A stretch of DNA of 64,000 nucleotides from Callorhinchus milii (GCF_018977255.1 NW_024704742.1:26662001-26726000), one strand, 5' to 3'; shown: positions 38,321 through 51,920, counted from the stretch's first letter. Translations and numbers: made by a program. Notes: generated by a model not told the origin, from the letters alone.

Positions 38321-38371
38321 AACACAAGCATTTAAAAGGCATCTCCGTATATCTTTCTTGTGTCTTTGCAG

Positions 38372-38544
38372 AGGGACATGGCTTTCTGTATGAAACATTT
38401 GGAGTGAGACCTCAGTTTTCTTGGCACGTTGATCCTTTTGGAGCTTCAGCAACAACCCCCACAGTGTTTTCTCTGGCAGGCTTCAATGCTCACCTTATTT
38501 CCCGCATCGACTACGATCAGAAGAATATGATGCAGAAAGGCAAG
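38372..38544 (+). CDS. MAN2B2: MAN2B2 exon 4 (catalytic nucleophile, WHVDPFG)
   Basis: ttgcag|[60 protein letters not shown]; |gtaaaa; 173 nt. Confidence 0.95.
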
Positions 38545-38791
38545 GTAAAACCAAGGAGGAGGGAACACAGAGTAAAAACATGGGGCCAGAGCAGTGGAAC
38601 ACATAGTCAATTCTTTCCTCTGTTCCCCCCCCGTTCCCCATTCGTATTGTTTCTGATCTTAGCTCTGTTAAAAGATGGAGATTGGGGTGGGGTGGATGCC
38701 TCCCATCCAGCATAGAGAATGTTGGAGGGATAGTTGCTCTAGGACGCCCTGTGATGAGCTTTGCATTTTCTCTGCATTTCTCCCCTTGTAG

Positions 38792-38907
38792 AAGCTGCAG
38801 TTTGTGTGGCGAGGATCTTCCTCCTTGGCACAGGGTCAAGAAATCTTCACTCACACCATGGACCAATACAGTTACTGTGTTCCCTCTTACCTTCCCTTCT
38901 CGAACAG
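38792..38907 (+). CDS. MAN2B2: MAN2B2 exon 5
   Basis: ttgtag|[42 protein letters not shown]; |gtaaca; 116 nt, ends phase 2. Confidence 0.95.
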
Positions 38908-39490
38908 GTAACAATATATTATTATATACAGTATTTTTCAAAAATAAAACCTGGATTGTTAAGCATCGGGCTTGGTGTCTACTTCAACATTGTACAGGGC
39001 AACCCTGTTACAACATGATTGTCTGAATCCTGTTTCTCAACAACAACAATAAATTACATTTGTATAGTGCCTTTCGTGTCAGGAGTTCATCCCAACTCCG
39101 TGTTGTCAGTGAAGTGGGAGAAATAGCCCGTATCCAGGTAGTAAGCGCTTTGGGACGTGCTCCTGACGTGAAAGGCACTCCATAAATTTAATTTTGTTGT
39201 TGTTGTTCTAAGTTTTGCTGATGACGTCACTCCCACGAGTTCAGCGTAAGAAATACTGCTGATCTCACTTACCTGGTGACATGACATCAGCTGCATTTCC
39301 TGTACGCAGTGTGCTTTTTAAAACTTTTACCACCTGTGATTTTAGCTCAGTCCACCAGTTGAGACTTTTCAGTTTAGGTGATTGAATCTCCCTTTATGTC
39401 ATATCTCCAATTCTCACTAAAACATTTTTTTTTCACAGATCATAAAGTGGGTTTCAGGAATATTTCACCTTCTGTTTCAACACTATTTAG

Positions 39491-39668
39491 ATCTGGCTTT
39501 TTTTGGAATGGCGTTGCTGTTTTTCCTGATCCACCAAAAGATGGGATTTACCCAAACATGAGTCTCCCCGTCACCAATGAGACCATTCATCTTTACGCAG
39601 AGACCATGGTATCGAACATCAAAGAAAGAGCAGCATGGTTCAGATCTAATCCTGTCCTGTGGCCATGG
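39491..39668 (+). CDS. MAN2B2: MAN2B2 exon 6
   Basis: tttag|[60 protein letters not shown]; |gtaaga; 178 nt. Confidence 0.95.
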
Positions 39669-39767
39669 GTAAGAGTTGTAACGTATAACAAAGCAGATTT
39701 TTAGCTATTCAAAATGTTTACTAATCCCTTAGAGCATGTACATTTAAAAAAAAACACACTTGTGTGT

Positions 39768-40170
39768 CAGCCTGGTCCATTCGGTGGTACTCTTGTCTCT
39801 GAGTCAGAAGATTCTGAGTTCAAGCCCCACGTCAGGACTTTGAGCTTGTACAGACTAGGCTGAAACTCCAATGCAGTGTTTTTCCATCCTTTGGATCAGA
39901 TGTTAAACTGAGATCCCGTCTTCCTGTTTAGGTGGCCGTTAACAATCCCATGGCACATTTTGAAACAGAAGGGAATTTCTCCTGGTGTCCAGGCCAACAA
40001 TCCTCCAAATAAAATTGGTCACTCACTTTATGGATGTTGGTGGGACCAAATATACAAAAGCCTACAAAATATACAGTCACTAAAATTTACAGTTGATATT
40101 GTGAAGCGCTCTAAGATGTCCTCCTCATGTGAAAGCAACTATATCAAATGCAAGTATTAGTATTTATTAT
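39768..40170 (+). mobile_element. SINE family B
   Basis: Head, body and tail. Confidence 0.8.
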
Positions 40171-40466
40171 AAAACACAATGTTGCTGCTTGGTAGATATC
40201 TCATATTGCTGGCCAAAAAAGTTTCCTGAAACATCGTTGAACAAATTGTTTGAAATAAACTGTACGGTCATGCAGCAATAGTTTTGTTTATGTATTAAAA
40301 CCAATATGTAACTATCTTCAAGCCTTAATATGTGTGAAAAATATTTTTTTAATGTTTGTGTGGGGGGGGAAGCTAAATTGTACCTTGTTTGTCAAGCTTG
40401 TTAATGTGAGCGGTATCTATCAGTTTCTGTGTAAACCATTCCTTTTTGTTTTCATCGCTATTGCAG

Positions 40467-40665
40467 GGCTGTGACAAGCAGTTCTTCAATGCCTCTGTGC
40501 AGTTTGAAAATATGGATCCGTTGATGGAATACATCAATCAGCACTCCGATGAATTTGGAGTTACTGTGCATTATGCTACACTGAGTGAATATTTTCAGGC
40601 TCTTCACAAGACAAACCTGACTTGGGATGTCCGAAACAACCAGGACTTCCTCCCATACTCCTCAG
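40467..40665 (+). CDS. MAN2B2: MAN2B2 exon 7 (GCD, position of the GH38 acid/base Asp)
   Basis: ttgcag|[27 protein letters not shown]...QDFLPYSS; |gtaatg; 199 nt, ends phase 1. Confidence 0.95.
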
Positions 40666-43062
40666 GTAATGATTTTGAAAGCAAAATGTAAATTGAACAA
40701 TTAGCCCTGAAACCCACCTTATTAATGCAAAGGTACATTAAGAACTAGAACAAGTACTTTTTGTCTTTTGGTGAAGAGTGAAATGTTTCCAGAATGTGAT
40801 TCTGTGGTGTGAATCCGACAGTGCTGAGCCTCAGGGCTCCTGCAGAGGGAGCCAATGCCTGCTTTGTGTGTCAGTAATTTATAACAGCATTTTTGGAAAA
40901 AAGCTCTTGAGAGGTTCAGATGGGGAGAAGGTCAATATAGCCTATTTTATAAAAATATTTTTTAAAAAAAAACAGCCATAGCCATTGTATTGGGTGGGGG
41001 GGAAAGTGCGACAGGTTTTTATTATCCATCTGAACAACTGATTTCCTTATTGAAGAAGATATTGCAGTACAGAGTATTAATTCAGCATTTTGATACCTAT
41101 TCCTTGAGAGAATTTAGTCTGGAATTTTTTTAAAGACAAAATTCCACTTCTGCTTTTCTATCGGGTACAAGATCCTGAAGCGCTTGACCATTCTGACTGG
41201 ACACAGGAGCTGGGGGTGGGAGCTGAGGAGGAGGAGAAAGATGACTGAAAATGGGGGTCCAAGAGGTACATTTTGAAGAGAACCTTGAAAGAGGGAAAGA
41301 GAAAGTCGGAGGACGTGGGAATTAAATCCTACAGAGTACGCTCTGAGTGGCTGAAAGCCTGCCCGCCGATGGTGGTGCAGATAGAAGAAGGGACCTGGTG
41401 TAGCTTAATAACTTGTGAGATAACTCGAGAAGCTGAACGAATGATCACGCTTGGCTGGAGGTGAATGAAGCGTCACTGACTGCATCGCAGCTGATGTCAT
41501 TTTGTTTTTCTTGCACTGTTGGGCTCAGTGACTCTCTGATGAGTTCTCCCAATGGGGTCGTGAGGACTTGCTGTTCAAGTAAATATCAAAGAAAATCGAG
41601 TGGCAAAAAGGAAAAGGCGTCTTAAAGCTTAAGATAATAATTCGGCAGTGATGTTCACTTGTTAAGTGTTGAGGCTGGTTTTGCCCTAATTGATTTCAGA
41701 GTACAGCAATTGCAAACCTGGATGCACAGCCCACTGCACTCAGAATTATTCATACTACAAGCTAAGGTATGAGAACGCATCTTTTGTGACTTCATTTAAT
41801 TCGCAGTTTCCATGGTCAGATGATCAGGGGTACATATTACATACCAGTGGCAATTAAATGGTTGCCTTAGCAACCTAGTCTTTTTCCCATTTTAAGCAGT
41901 ACGATTTTTTTTATTCTCCCATGTTCAATATGAAGCTGTCTGGCACAGGCTCCCATCGTGCCTGCTGTTAAGAAAGAGAGGAAGAAAATAGCAGATCTCT
42001 TCCTTAGCAGTCGTGAAATTCACTGATATTGCTAGGAATTGGTTTCGTTCTTGGTCGGGCGCTGTACCTAGGAGTGGTAAGAATGCAAGTTTCTATTCTT
42101 GTCTCTTATTGTTTAAGAGGTCAGACCAGGTGGTCAAGTTTTAGTGACAACAGAAGGAAAAGAGAGCATTAACTATTAGACACCCTCACTCATCTGCATC
42201 TTCAAGGAACATTGGTATCTGGCTGGGAGGAGTTGCTGTCTGTCTTGTTGCCTGGACTACGGTTTAACAAGTTGTACAAATAAATGAAGCGAATAAAGTC
42301 TGGCCAAGTCTCTGGAATGTTGAAATGCTATCTGTGAAGCATAAGAAAAGCCAGAGCATATGGAACTGCTCTCTTCTATGGGTCTCTGATTTTCCTTGGT
42401 AACCGGTGTTTGAGCTGTTTAAACGCTATTTGCTTTAATTCTGTGAGCAGGGAAGCATGTTTGCCATTAAAAGATAAATTATGTGCCGTACTGAAGTTCA
42501 ATTTGGTTTTCCAAGTTCTAAATGATTAAAGAATAAAACAGACTTAAAGTGGTATTCAATTCACCACTGCTACCTTGGCATTCAAAGAATTCTCATCAAG
42601 AGTGTCTGCAAGGCTTTTTAAAAAAAACTACGGGCTTAATAAACCTGCCAACCCAGTCTGCACACGTACACAAACACACACACACAATATTTCCTTTCCT
42701 CTCCTGATTGTGCTGGTTCACGCTGGGCTACAGCTCAGGAAACACAAGCTGCTCTTTGGGCAGGTGGCCATTCTTGCTATAGAAGCCTGGACAGAAAGAC
42801 TTTGCCAGATTATGCAGCTCTGGGGGCTACCATAGCAGAGCTTCATTTTATCTAACATCCATGCATGAATACTTCAGAGCTAGGGTCACTGGATTGGATC
42901 AGAAGTGTGCACACAGCAGATTTTTTTTTATATGCCACCCTTCTCTGCCTTGGCATCAGTTGCGGCTTTACAATCTGCTGATGCTGACTATAACACCACA
43001 GCTACTGCCTGGCTGAGATCAACTCACTCGGTGCAGACTGGGGATGTAAATTGTTTGTGTGT

Positions 43063-43490
43063 CAGCCTGGCGTAGTGATAGCAATCTCACCACCAATCAG
43101 AAGGCTGTCGGTTCAAACCCCACGTCAAGAAGTGGAATCACATAGTCTAAGCTGACACTCCATCGAGTGCTGTGGGGCCGAGAGGGGTGGATGGTTAGAG
43201 GTGCCGTTCTTCGGATGAGACGTATACCCAAGGTCCCATCTACTTGTTCAAGTCGATTTTCAAGATCTCACGGCACTATTCGAAAGCGAATTTCTCCCCA
43301 ACAGTCCGCCCAAATAAAAATTGGTCACTCACTCCATGGCTGCTTGTGGGACACTACTGTGCGCAACCAGCTGCCGCGATTTGCCCACAACATACATAGA
43401 CAATCCACTTTACAGTACATCTCGTGAAGCTTTTTGAAATGTCTCAATGATGTGATAATGTGCTATAAAATGTGAGGATTACTATTATAT
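43063..43490 (+). mobile_element. SINE family B
   Basis: Head, body, Deu core and tail. Confidence 0.8.
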
Positions 43491-43741
43491 ACAGCCTTTA
43501 TTCACTAACCCCAGGTAACAGCTGTGATTGGGTCCTCTCTGCTTGGCTCTGTTTGGTGGCTGTCAATGGAGGCTTGACAGCTCTTACAGTGTAATTCACT
43601 GCTGTATTTATAAATGTTAACTGTGGGGAACTTTTATCTTTATGTTTTTGGAATAACCAAATGTGAGAGAACTTAATAAAAGAGACTCGATTGTAATATG
43701 AAGAGCTTTTGATTTTATATTCAAAATTTGTCTTACTGTAG

Positions 43742-43932
43742 AACCATTTGAAGCCTGGACTGGATTTTATGCTTCTCGGAATATACTTAAAGGAGTGGCT
43801 CGGAGAGCAAATGCCTTCCTTTATGCCTGTGATTCCCTTTTTACACAGTATCTGCTGAAATATCCGTCAGGGTCTGTAGATAAACTTTGGGCACTGCAGC
43901 AAATTCAGAACCTGCGATGGGCTGTATCAGAG
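43742..43932 (+). CDS. MAN2B2: MAN2B2 exon 8
   Basis: ctgtag|[36 protein letters not shown]...LRWAVSE; |gtgagg; 191 nt. Confidence 0.95.
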
Positions 43933-44042
43933 GTGAGGATCTTATACCTACAAATCAGTGAAGTACGCATAGTCCTGCATAAAGAAAGTAGTGGTACCAA
44001 ACCGTATTCAAATACTCTTGAGATTGGTCAGAGAATTATAGC

Positions 44043-44314
44043 TAGGGCTTCTGATTTTCAGTTTTAACCAGAACCCCCAATAAAACACTCCCAATATAAA
44101 AAAACCATGGTGTTTATCCAATAAATACCACAAAACCCTGTAAATGGTTTCTGGTCCTGATGCACACCATATGAAGATGCCTCTCTCCCCTCCGTGTGCA
44201 CAGGTGCGTCTGAATCTTCCATTAAAAGTAAGTGGAAAAGCCCTGATTTTTAGAACTCAAAAAATGCTAAAATAAAATAAATATTGTTTTAAACCCTGAA
44301 AAACAGAAGACCTA
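44043..44314. mobile_element. Non-autonomous hAT-type DNA transposon (MITE)
   Basis: TIRs TAGGGCTTCTGATTTTCAG / CTGAAAAACAGAAGACCTA; 8-bp TSD ATTATAGC / ATTGTAGC. Confidence 0.75.
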
Positions 44315-44927
44315 ATTGTAGCAAACTGTCTTTCTGCTGTTGCCTTCATATTTTGCAGTCCGATATGAAACTAATCTCTGCAGATGACCAAAAGAAAACA
44401 TTGGAGGCAAAGATAACAACCAATGTCAATCATGTCATAATCCTTATTACATTTAGGTGCAGCCTGGCTCAGTTAGTAGCACTTTCGCATTTGAGTCAGA
44501 AGTTTGTGGACTCAAGCCCCTTGTCAGTACTTTGAACTCGTACAATAAAATAATAATAATCCTTGCATTTCATACAGTGCCTTTCACGTTCGAAGGAAGT
44601 CTCAAAGATCTTCACAGGATTTATTATGAAAATTTGAAACTCAGTCCAGATTTTGAGCTCAAAGTCCTGTTGTGGGGATTGAACCTATAAGCTTCTGATT
44701 CGGAGGCTGAATGAGCCAGGTTGACATACTGTATCACGTGTTATACGAACAAATTGATGCTTGGCTCATACATGACTGTTAGAACAACAATCAAATTGTA
44801 ACTGAGAACGAGAAGATTAGCCAGTATGGGAAATCTATGAGCCACATGAGTTTTATCCGAATCATATTGCACATTATGTATTCATGTGGTTTATTCTCAT
44901 TGTGAAATATCAACACTTTTGTATTAG

Positions 44928-45111
44928 GTACAACATCATGATGGAATAACAGGGACCGAGTCACCCAAAGTGAGAGACATGTATATGGATCATCTTTTAC
45001 GAGGAAGCTGGGCTGTAAAGAAAGTGATGGCTGCCATATTTGAAGAAACTCTGGCTGCTGCAGTGAAGAAGTCTACTCCTCGTCCCGATAGGCAAGTCAC
45101 TAGCCTAAAAG
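44928..45111 (+). CDS. MAN2B2: MAN2B2 exon 9 (QHHD Zn ligand)
   Basis: attag|[27 protein letters not shown]...RQVTSLK; donor AAAG|gtgaag chosen for phase-1 compatibility with exon 10, so the 3' boundary is less certain. Confidence 0.88.
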
Positions 45112-46278
45112 GTGAAGGATAGCACTTTTCTTAACCGTGTCTATTAATATATAATTTGTTGTAAAATTTGCCACTCCGATACAGTGTTGGGAGGGTGCTG
45201 CATTGTTAAAGGTGTCGTCCTTCAGTCCTATCTGCTATTCAGGTGGACGTTAAAATCCCATGGCACTATTCAAAAAGAGAATGGAGTTTCTCCCGGTATC
45301 CTGACCAACAATCTCCCCCAAATAAAATTGGTCATTGAGTTTATTACCGCTATGGGACATTGCTGCGTGCAAATTGGCTGTCATGTTTACCTACAAAATA
45401 CACAGTCACTGTGTTGGAGCTGAACTGGCACCAAAGTGACATGTTTAGTAAAGGAATGCCAGATTCAAGCCCTCCCTCTGTGGTGGTTTTGTTTGTCTGG
45501 TTCCTGAGCCAGGCGGGTAAACAGTATTCCAGGGAACTGCTGACGACAACTCAGCCATTATGGGTCACAGGTAGGACTAGGAAGGGCAGACCAGACCCTG
45601 GGGACAGGGAATCCTCCTACTCAGCTCCTGTTAATCCTGCAAGCCAAAGCCCTAACAGGTACTGTGTTCTTAGCTGGACAAACTGTGGGAAAGTTTGCCA
45701 GATAGTGCAAACTAGACAGTTTTAGCTGGTTTGGACTCCAGTAATACCCCAACTCACACTCTGGGGCCCCCAAGCCTTGGCGCATGGGTGAATTTTTGAG
45801 CTTTGGATCCCTGTAGGTTTCTCTTAAGTGTTATTTCTGGTAATTTTAGTATATTTATGTTGCGTGTGTTCATAGCGGTTTAAAATGCATGAACTGTGCG
45901 AGTAGCAGCTTCTGATTTGAGACTGAAATTGCAGGATTTACTGCAAAAGAAAATTTTCGATCCTGAAAATTGGCAAATATTATCAAGTATAATCGTGACA
46001 TCCACCTAGTGATCGCAGCTGACGGTTTGCTTTTGGTCAAATAACGATCAGGAAGCAAAACCATCTTTACAGCATTGCTTTTATTAATCTTCTTCTCCCA
46101 TGATTCTTTTTAAGCAAACTCTGTGCTGGATCCTGCAGCATGTCTGTCACAAACCAGGAGTTATTAGTGCAGTGTCTTCTAGCTTTCAAATGTGTCATTT
46201 CAGTTCCAATCGGAAGATTATCTACATGTTTGCACTTGTCTCTAATGTCAAACTAAAACTTTTTTCCTCTTATAAAAG

Positions 46279-46406
46279 AGGGAGACCTTTTGCAGATCAC
46301 AGTGTACAACCCTCTAGGATGGAACATCACGACTTTTGTTAATCTGTCCATTGCATACTCAGTCGTCAGTGTGTATGACGACGCTGGAAATACTGTACCA
46401 TCGCAG
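46279..46406 (+). CDS. MAN2B2: MAN2B2 exon 10
   Basis: pyrimidine tract + aaaag|AG; (E)GDLLQITVYNPLGWNITTFVNLSIAYSVVSVYDDAGNTVPSQ (GH38 VYNPL motif); |gtattt; 5' boundary inferred from phase. Confidence 0.88.
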
Positions 46407-47103
46407 GTATTTGTAATAATTGAGGCTTTAGTAGTCTGTATGGAAGCGGAAGGACATTCATGGTGGGTAGTTAGAAAGCTTTTAGAAAGCTTTTATACTG
46501 TAAAGTGTTCTTAAATCTTTAAATCAACACGGGTAATTCTTATGATTTGGGGAAGTGCTTCTGTATAGAACCAAGACAGACAATTGAGGTCCATCTGGCT
46601 GTAGACTTCACGTAGTGCAAAGAAAATGTCTTGTTTCGGTTCTTACAAAACAATGTATGTTTCCCCCACAGCATATATACAATCAATTCACTTTACAGTA
46701 TATTCTGTGAAGCACCTTGAAGCGTCTCGAAGACGTGATAAGGCGCTATATCAAATGCAAGAATTATTATTTATTATGAAGTGCAATTTGAAAAGGTTGG
46801 AAGCCAGCATCGAGGAGCTTTATAACCATGATTGTGTTAGAAATTCAATCTTAACCAGAAATAAACTGAAGATGGGAAATTCATTTCATGAAATATATAT
46901 TCATGATCTGGTCCCCACAAGATTGCCGGGATCTGCGCTCCCAATGTGACAAGCGCTATATAAATGCAATTTGTTGTTGTTGAAAGCATTTTGGTTTCTA
47001 TGTGATGATGAATGATTGAGCAAATTCCTCTGTTCTTTTAATGTTGGTTTAATGCTAAATGCACACAGTGAACTAACATGAAATAACTTATTTTCTGCTT
47101 CAG

Positions 47104-47396
47104 ATCCAGAAATCCTCAGAGTCTAACAATACCTTTGATCTGTACATCCTGGTGACCCTAAATGCACTTGACTACCGTAGGTATCTGGTAAAGCCTGAAA
47201 AATCCAGCTCTATCAAGCAATCAGATATTCACTACTCTAAAAAACAGAAGGCCTACAGAGGAAAAGTGGTTGCATTTGACAGAAAGATGATGAACACGTC
47301 CAAAAAGACAGGACATAGACTACTTCCAGTGATGAATGAGTGCTATTTACTGAAGCTAGACCAGGACACAAACTTACTGTACAGCATCACTGACAG
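47104..47396 (+). CDS. MAN2B2: MAN2B2 exon 11
   Basis: ttcag|ATC; IQKSSESNNTFDLYILVTLNALDYRRY...NECYLLKLDQDTNLLYSITDR; |gtaaga; 293 nt, ends phase 2. Confidence 0.93.
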
Positions 47397-47658
47397 GTAA
47401 GAAGTGGTGTCCATGTCTCTGGTAAAACCAACTCAGCTGCTCAGAATTGCTTAAATTTATAAAAAGGCAGAAATATTAAATGTAAGCGTTCATTTTTGAG
47501 GATTTAGAAAATTGGATAATAATAATAATAATCCCTGTATTTGGGACATCTCAAAGTGCTTCACAGAATATTTTAAAGTGAATTGACTGTATATTTTGTG
47601 GATGAAACGCGGCAGACAATTGCGTACAGTAATGACCATTCTCTGTTGTAAATGGCAG

Positions 47659-47850
47659 AACTTCGCAGAAGATTGTTAAAATAACACAGAAGTTCTTAGA
47701 GTATCGAGCGAATGGAAATATCAAACAAGGTCCAATCTCGGATAATTATATATTTACACCCAATGGCTCAGCGGTGCCTGTATCCAAGTCCGTCAGCATG
47801 GAAATTGTTTTCGGAAAACTGGTAACCGAAATCAGACAGTACTTTTACAG
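47659..47850 (+). CDS. MAN2B2: MAN2B2 exon 12
   Basis: ggcag|[41 protein letters not shown]...VTEIRQYFY; |gtaagt; 192 nt. Confidence 0.93.
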
Positions 47851-48925
47851 GTAAGTGCCCCAAAAGTGAGAAATTGTTGAATTTATAATTTGCCACCTGT
47901 CTCTTGCGCTTGAATTCTCCAGTAAGATGGCGATGGAACTAGATGGCAAACCAACATCAGTCGAGTGGTATTTGATTGGCTTTATTCTCCGTGATGTTCG
48001 CTGTCAGCACTGCACTAACACCCTGTGCCTTGAGGAATCAATTACAGGTTCCCCGACAAAATTTACCTCAGCCAAGTTAGGCATTCACTGGACTGACTTA
48101 ATCGCACTCTTGCCCCTGGTTTTGTGGACTGAAGCCCTATGTTGAAACAGGAGCTTGTAGTTTTGACTGGCTCTTTTATTACAGATCAGGGCAGTATCGG
48201 TTTATCAGAGGTGTTATCTTTCGGATCAGATATTAAACTGAGGTCCCCCTGCCTCTTCAGATGGCTGCTAAAGATTCTTCAATTCAAGAAGGAAGTTTCT
48301 CCTAATATAACAATAAAAATAATAATTATTGGGATACTCTCACCAACAGTATCTCAATGCAGACTCTGGGGTCCCCAAGCCTTGGCTCTCGCCAAACTAC
48401 ACCTAATGCTCTCTGGAGTTAGGCAACCAATGTGTGCCCCTCCAGGGAGAAAGTGTGCATTCCATCTAGATGCAGGGAAATTTCCATGTGTAGGTGAGTT
48501 ACCTACGTGTAGTTCTGTTGAATGCGGATACTGTTAAGCTTGGCGATGGGCTTCTGCATGTGTCAAACACCCGATTGACCACAACGAATCTCAGCCAAGG
48601 CAACTGTTGGAGCACTCACTACGGGGTTGGATTCAAAGCTAATGGAAGAGAAAATCAGCCCAGGATTCACATATCAGATCTCCATTCAATACTGCCTGAT
48701 TAAAAGTGTTTAACGTGTTGCTGTCTGTGGATTGGATCAGACACAGATGTAATGTTTTTCTGGTGGAATTGCCTGAAGACATTGACAATCCAGTCTCATT
48801 CATGGAGATTGTCCAAATGTTTCAGAAAACAAGCTGAAAACGCTATTCAATAATAAGTGGTTTTAGTTCCACCTCACAATCTGTTTTGAATATTTAATGA
48901 TTTTGCATGTTTCTCTCTTAAACAG

Positions 48926-49184
48926 CAATATTTCAGCTGCTGCAAACGAGTACCAACATGTGATATTCACAAGGATCTACAAAGTGCCTGCCGGCTACGA
49001 GGGAGCACTGCTCTGCAACAGAATTGAGCAGGAATACAGAGTTGGGCCACTGGAGATGAACAGGGAGGCAATCATACGGACAAATACGGATTTGAAAACT
49101 GATCGCACCATTTATACTGACAATAACGGTTATCAAATCATGAAGAGACAGTATAGAACCTACTCACAAAACACTCTGGCTCGG
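48926..49184 (+). CDS. MAN2B2: MAN2B2 exon 13
   Basis: aacag|C; NISAAANEYQHVIFTRIY...IYTDNNGYQIMKRQYRTYSQNTLAR; |gtaagt; 259 nt. Confidence 0.95.
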
Positions 49185-49824
49185 GTAAGTAAAGTGTGCC
49201 ATGTGGCAGCTGTATGATGGGAGAGAGAGGAGATTCAAGGGGGAAGAGTCTGAATTAGTTCACTGGTAGGTCTCTTTCACTAATGGGGTGAAGTTAACCG
49301 TGATGATGAATGACATTATTTCTTCATCCCATCTAATGGGATGAGATGGGATGAAGAAATAGGAAGCATGGTTAGATCAAACAAATGTTTGTTTCATTAT
49401 ATTTTCCTCCCAGTTGCTTTTTCTCCCTTTATTTCCTCCCCCCACTCCACATGTCAATTTCTTTAATTATTTTAAATACATCAAATCAAATCACACCTTA
49501 ACTTGCACTCTTCTAAAGAATATAACCACAGCCCCACAACAGTCCAGGTCTTTAATCTAGTGTTGCTGTTGTTGGAAACTCTCCAAGATTTGTGTATCTT
49601 TACTTAAAATTTAGTGCCTAAAACTAAAAACAAAACTTCAAATGAAGTCTTACTAGTGCTCAATATAATTGGAGCAGCAACTCATTTTTATATACCAGAC
49701 CTCTTGTTATAAAGGTGTGTATATATGTTTATATATATATATATAAATGGTTATATAGAGGTCGGTGTACTCTTCTATACCAATTGTTTGCCTTCTATCT
49801 TCTATCCATGAAAATGTTGCGCTC

Positions 49825-50132
49825 AACACATTTCCTCTTGAAGGGGAATCCAGAACAAGGGGGCATAATCTAAAAATTAGAGCTAGGCCATTTAGAAGTG
49901 AAATTAGGAGGCAGGTTTTCAACCAAAGGGTAGTGGAAACCTGGAACTCTCCCCCAAAAGGCTGTGGATGCTGGATCCATTCACATCTTCAAGATTGAGG
50001 TGGATAGATATTTGTTAGATCAGGCTATTAAGGGTGGGTAACTGGACTTGAGATACAGATCAGTCATGATCTTATAGAATGGCAGAAGAGGCTCGATGGG
50101 ATCCATGGCCTCTACTGTTTATATGTTCTATG
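49825..50132 (+). mobile_element. CR1 LINE 3' end
   Basis: GESRTRGHNLKIRARPFRSEIRRQVFNQRVVETWNS plus CR1-like 3'UTR. Confidence 0.8.
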
Positions 50133-51018
50133 TGCCTTAATTTTAGTTGTTAATCTTTTGTGTGGAACTTTGATCAATTCCTAAGAATTTTTAGAAATTA
50201 CATTTGTCGATTTTCCCCGTCCCCCATCTCTGTTATCATCACTTTCCTGTTTCACTTTGCCATTTTCAATCCAACGAGCTAAGTTACCATTAATTCCATT
50301 AATTGCAACGACTTAGAAGTCTCACATTTGCAACTTGATCAATTGCCTTCTGGAAATCTCAAGTGAATTTTGTGCGCTGCATAGCTTTCAATCACTGATT
50401 TAGTAATTACCTCAAAAAATGAAGAAGAAACAACAACTTGCACTTATACACCGCTCTCCATGCAGGATAGCGACTCAGAGCGTTTAAAGTGGCGGAGCCT
50501 GACTCTGAGCCGGTGGGGTGATGGGGGGAAGGTGGACGATTAAATGAAACTGGTTGCAAGCAAAGCTGCAACAGGTATTATTTTCGGGGATCTCCCTTCG
50601 TTGATGAGTTATATTTAAAAAATGCTTTAATTAAGCCCCAAAATATGAGGTATGTATGAAATTCTGCGACAAAGTAGCAACAGAGGAAATCACACCACCC
50701 TTCTAGAGAGTTACATCTATACTAATATATTGTGCAACAAAGTAACGCAGAGAAAAGCTATGACCTACAAGCTCATCACACATGTATGCACTCGAACCAG
50801 GAGCTCTGCCTACCAGGAGCCCTCCCAGCTGAATATAGATAAAGACGGTGTGTCTGTCTGTGTGTTAATCTACATTCCATATCGGATCCTCTGGTTGCAA
50901 GCGAAGCTGCAACGGGTACAGCTGGTTTATACAATAAAACAAAACACCGAATCGTTCTGTTAGCATCCGTGTCAGGACAAAACTTAACCTCTCAAACTTC
51001 TCCACTTATGTTTTTCAG

Positions 51019-51129
51019 AACTACTACCCTCTTGTGAGGACCACTTACATCGAGGACAATGGCACAAGGCTGGTTATGTTGTCTGAACGAGCTCATGGCA
51101 TTTCCAGCCAGGCTGATGGGCAGGTGGAG
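51019..51129 (+). CDS. MAN2B2: MAN2B2 exon 14
   Basis: ttcag|[40 protein letters not shown]; |gttaga; 111 nt. Confidence 0.95.
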
Positions 51130-51730
51130 GTTAGAAACATTGTCAGTTTAAAATGAGTCAGTAAAGTCTAGCTCATCAAAATAAAGAGGAAGTCTTGCCA
51201 CCAAATTAACAAGAATTCAGATTGTATCAACCTGTGATTTTTATCTTGTGCTTGGCATGACACCGCTAACCTCTGGAACTCTCATCTCCATTTGTCTTTA
51301 AGTCGAACCTTAAAGCTACCTTTTCAACCATATTTCTTATAAACACCCCCTTCTCTTCCACCTTACTTGCTCGGTGCCACTGCAAAAACACCCTAAGATG
51401 CTATCCGGTTAAAATTGACCATTCACTTCATGGTTCTTTGTGGAACTTTGTGCAAATTGGCTGCCTTGTTCCTCTACCAAAAAATAGACACTGCATCCTG
51501 TGAAATGTTTTGGGATGTCCTCCTGACATGAAAGGTGCTATTTCAAATGTAAGGATTATTGTTATTATTAAGCACTTGCTCAAAATTTTAAAAGCAATAA
51601 ATGACAAATGTTTCCGGTAGTTAGATTTGACTGACTTTCCCCTTACACCTAAACCCATAGACCATAAATTATTGACTTTTACGCACGTGTGGTTGCTTCG
51701 TTTAGACAGTTTGCCCTGGTGCTTTTGCAG

Positions 51731-51920
51731 GTGATGCTTCACCGAAGGTTGTGGAACAATAAAGATTGGAACCTGGGCTACAACCTGACTCTGAACGACA
51801 CCTCTGTGGTGCGACCGCTTTTCTGGCTGATGTTGGGGTCAAAATCCGTCACTTCATCTCTTTATCAAAGTGGGATGGCCCTCGAGTTCAGACCTGTTGT
51901 TCTGTATGGTTCCGTCTCAG
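51731..51920 (+). CDS. MAN2B2: MAN2B2 exon 15
   Basis: ttgcag|[39 protein letters not shown]...YGSVS; |gtacat; 190 nt. Confidence 0.95.

Noticed and set aside
41536..41570. CTGATGA followed by a short hairpin, hammerhead-like
   Set aside because: No GAAA after stem II and no stems I/III visible
45085..45100. GC donor AG|gcaagt as the end of MAN2B2 exon 9
   Set aside because: It would be phase 2, while the plausible exon-10 acceptors need phase 1 or 0; the GT donor after 45111 fits
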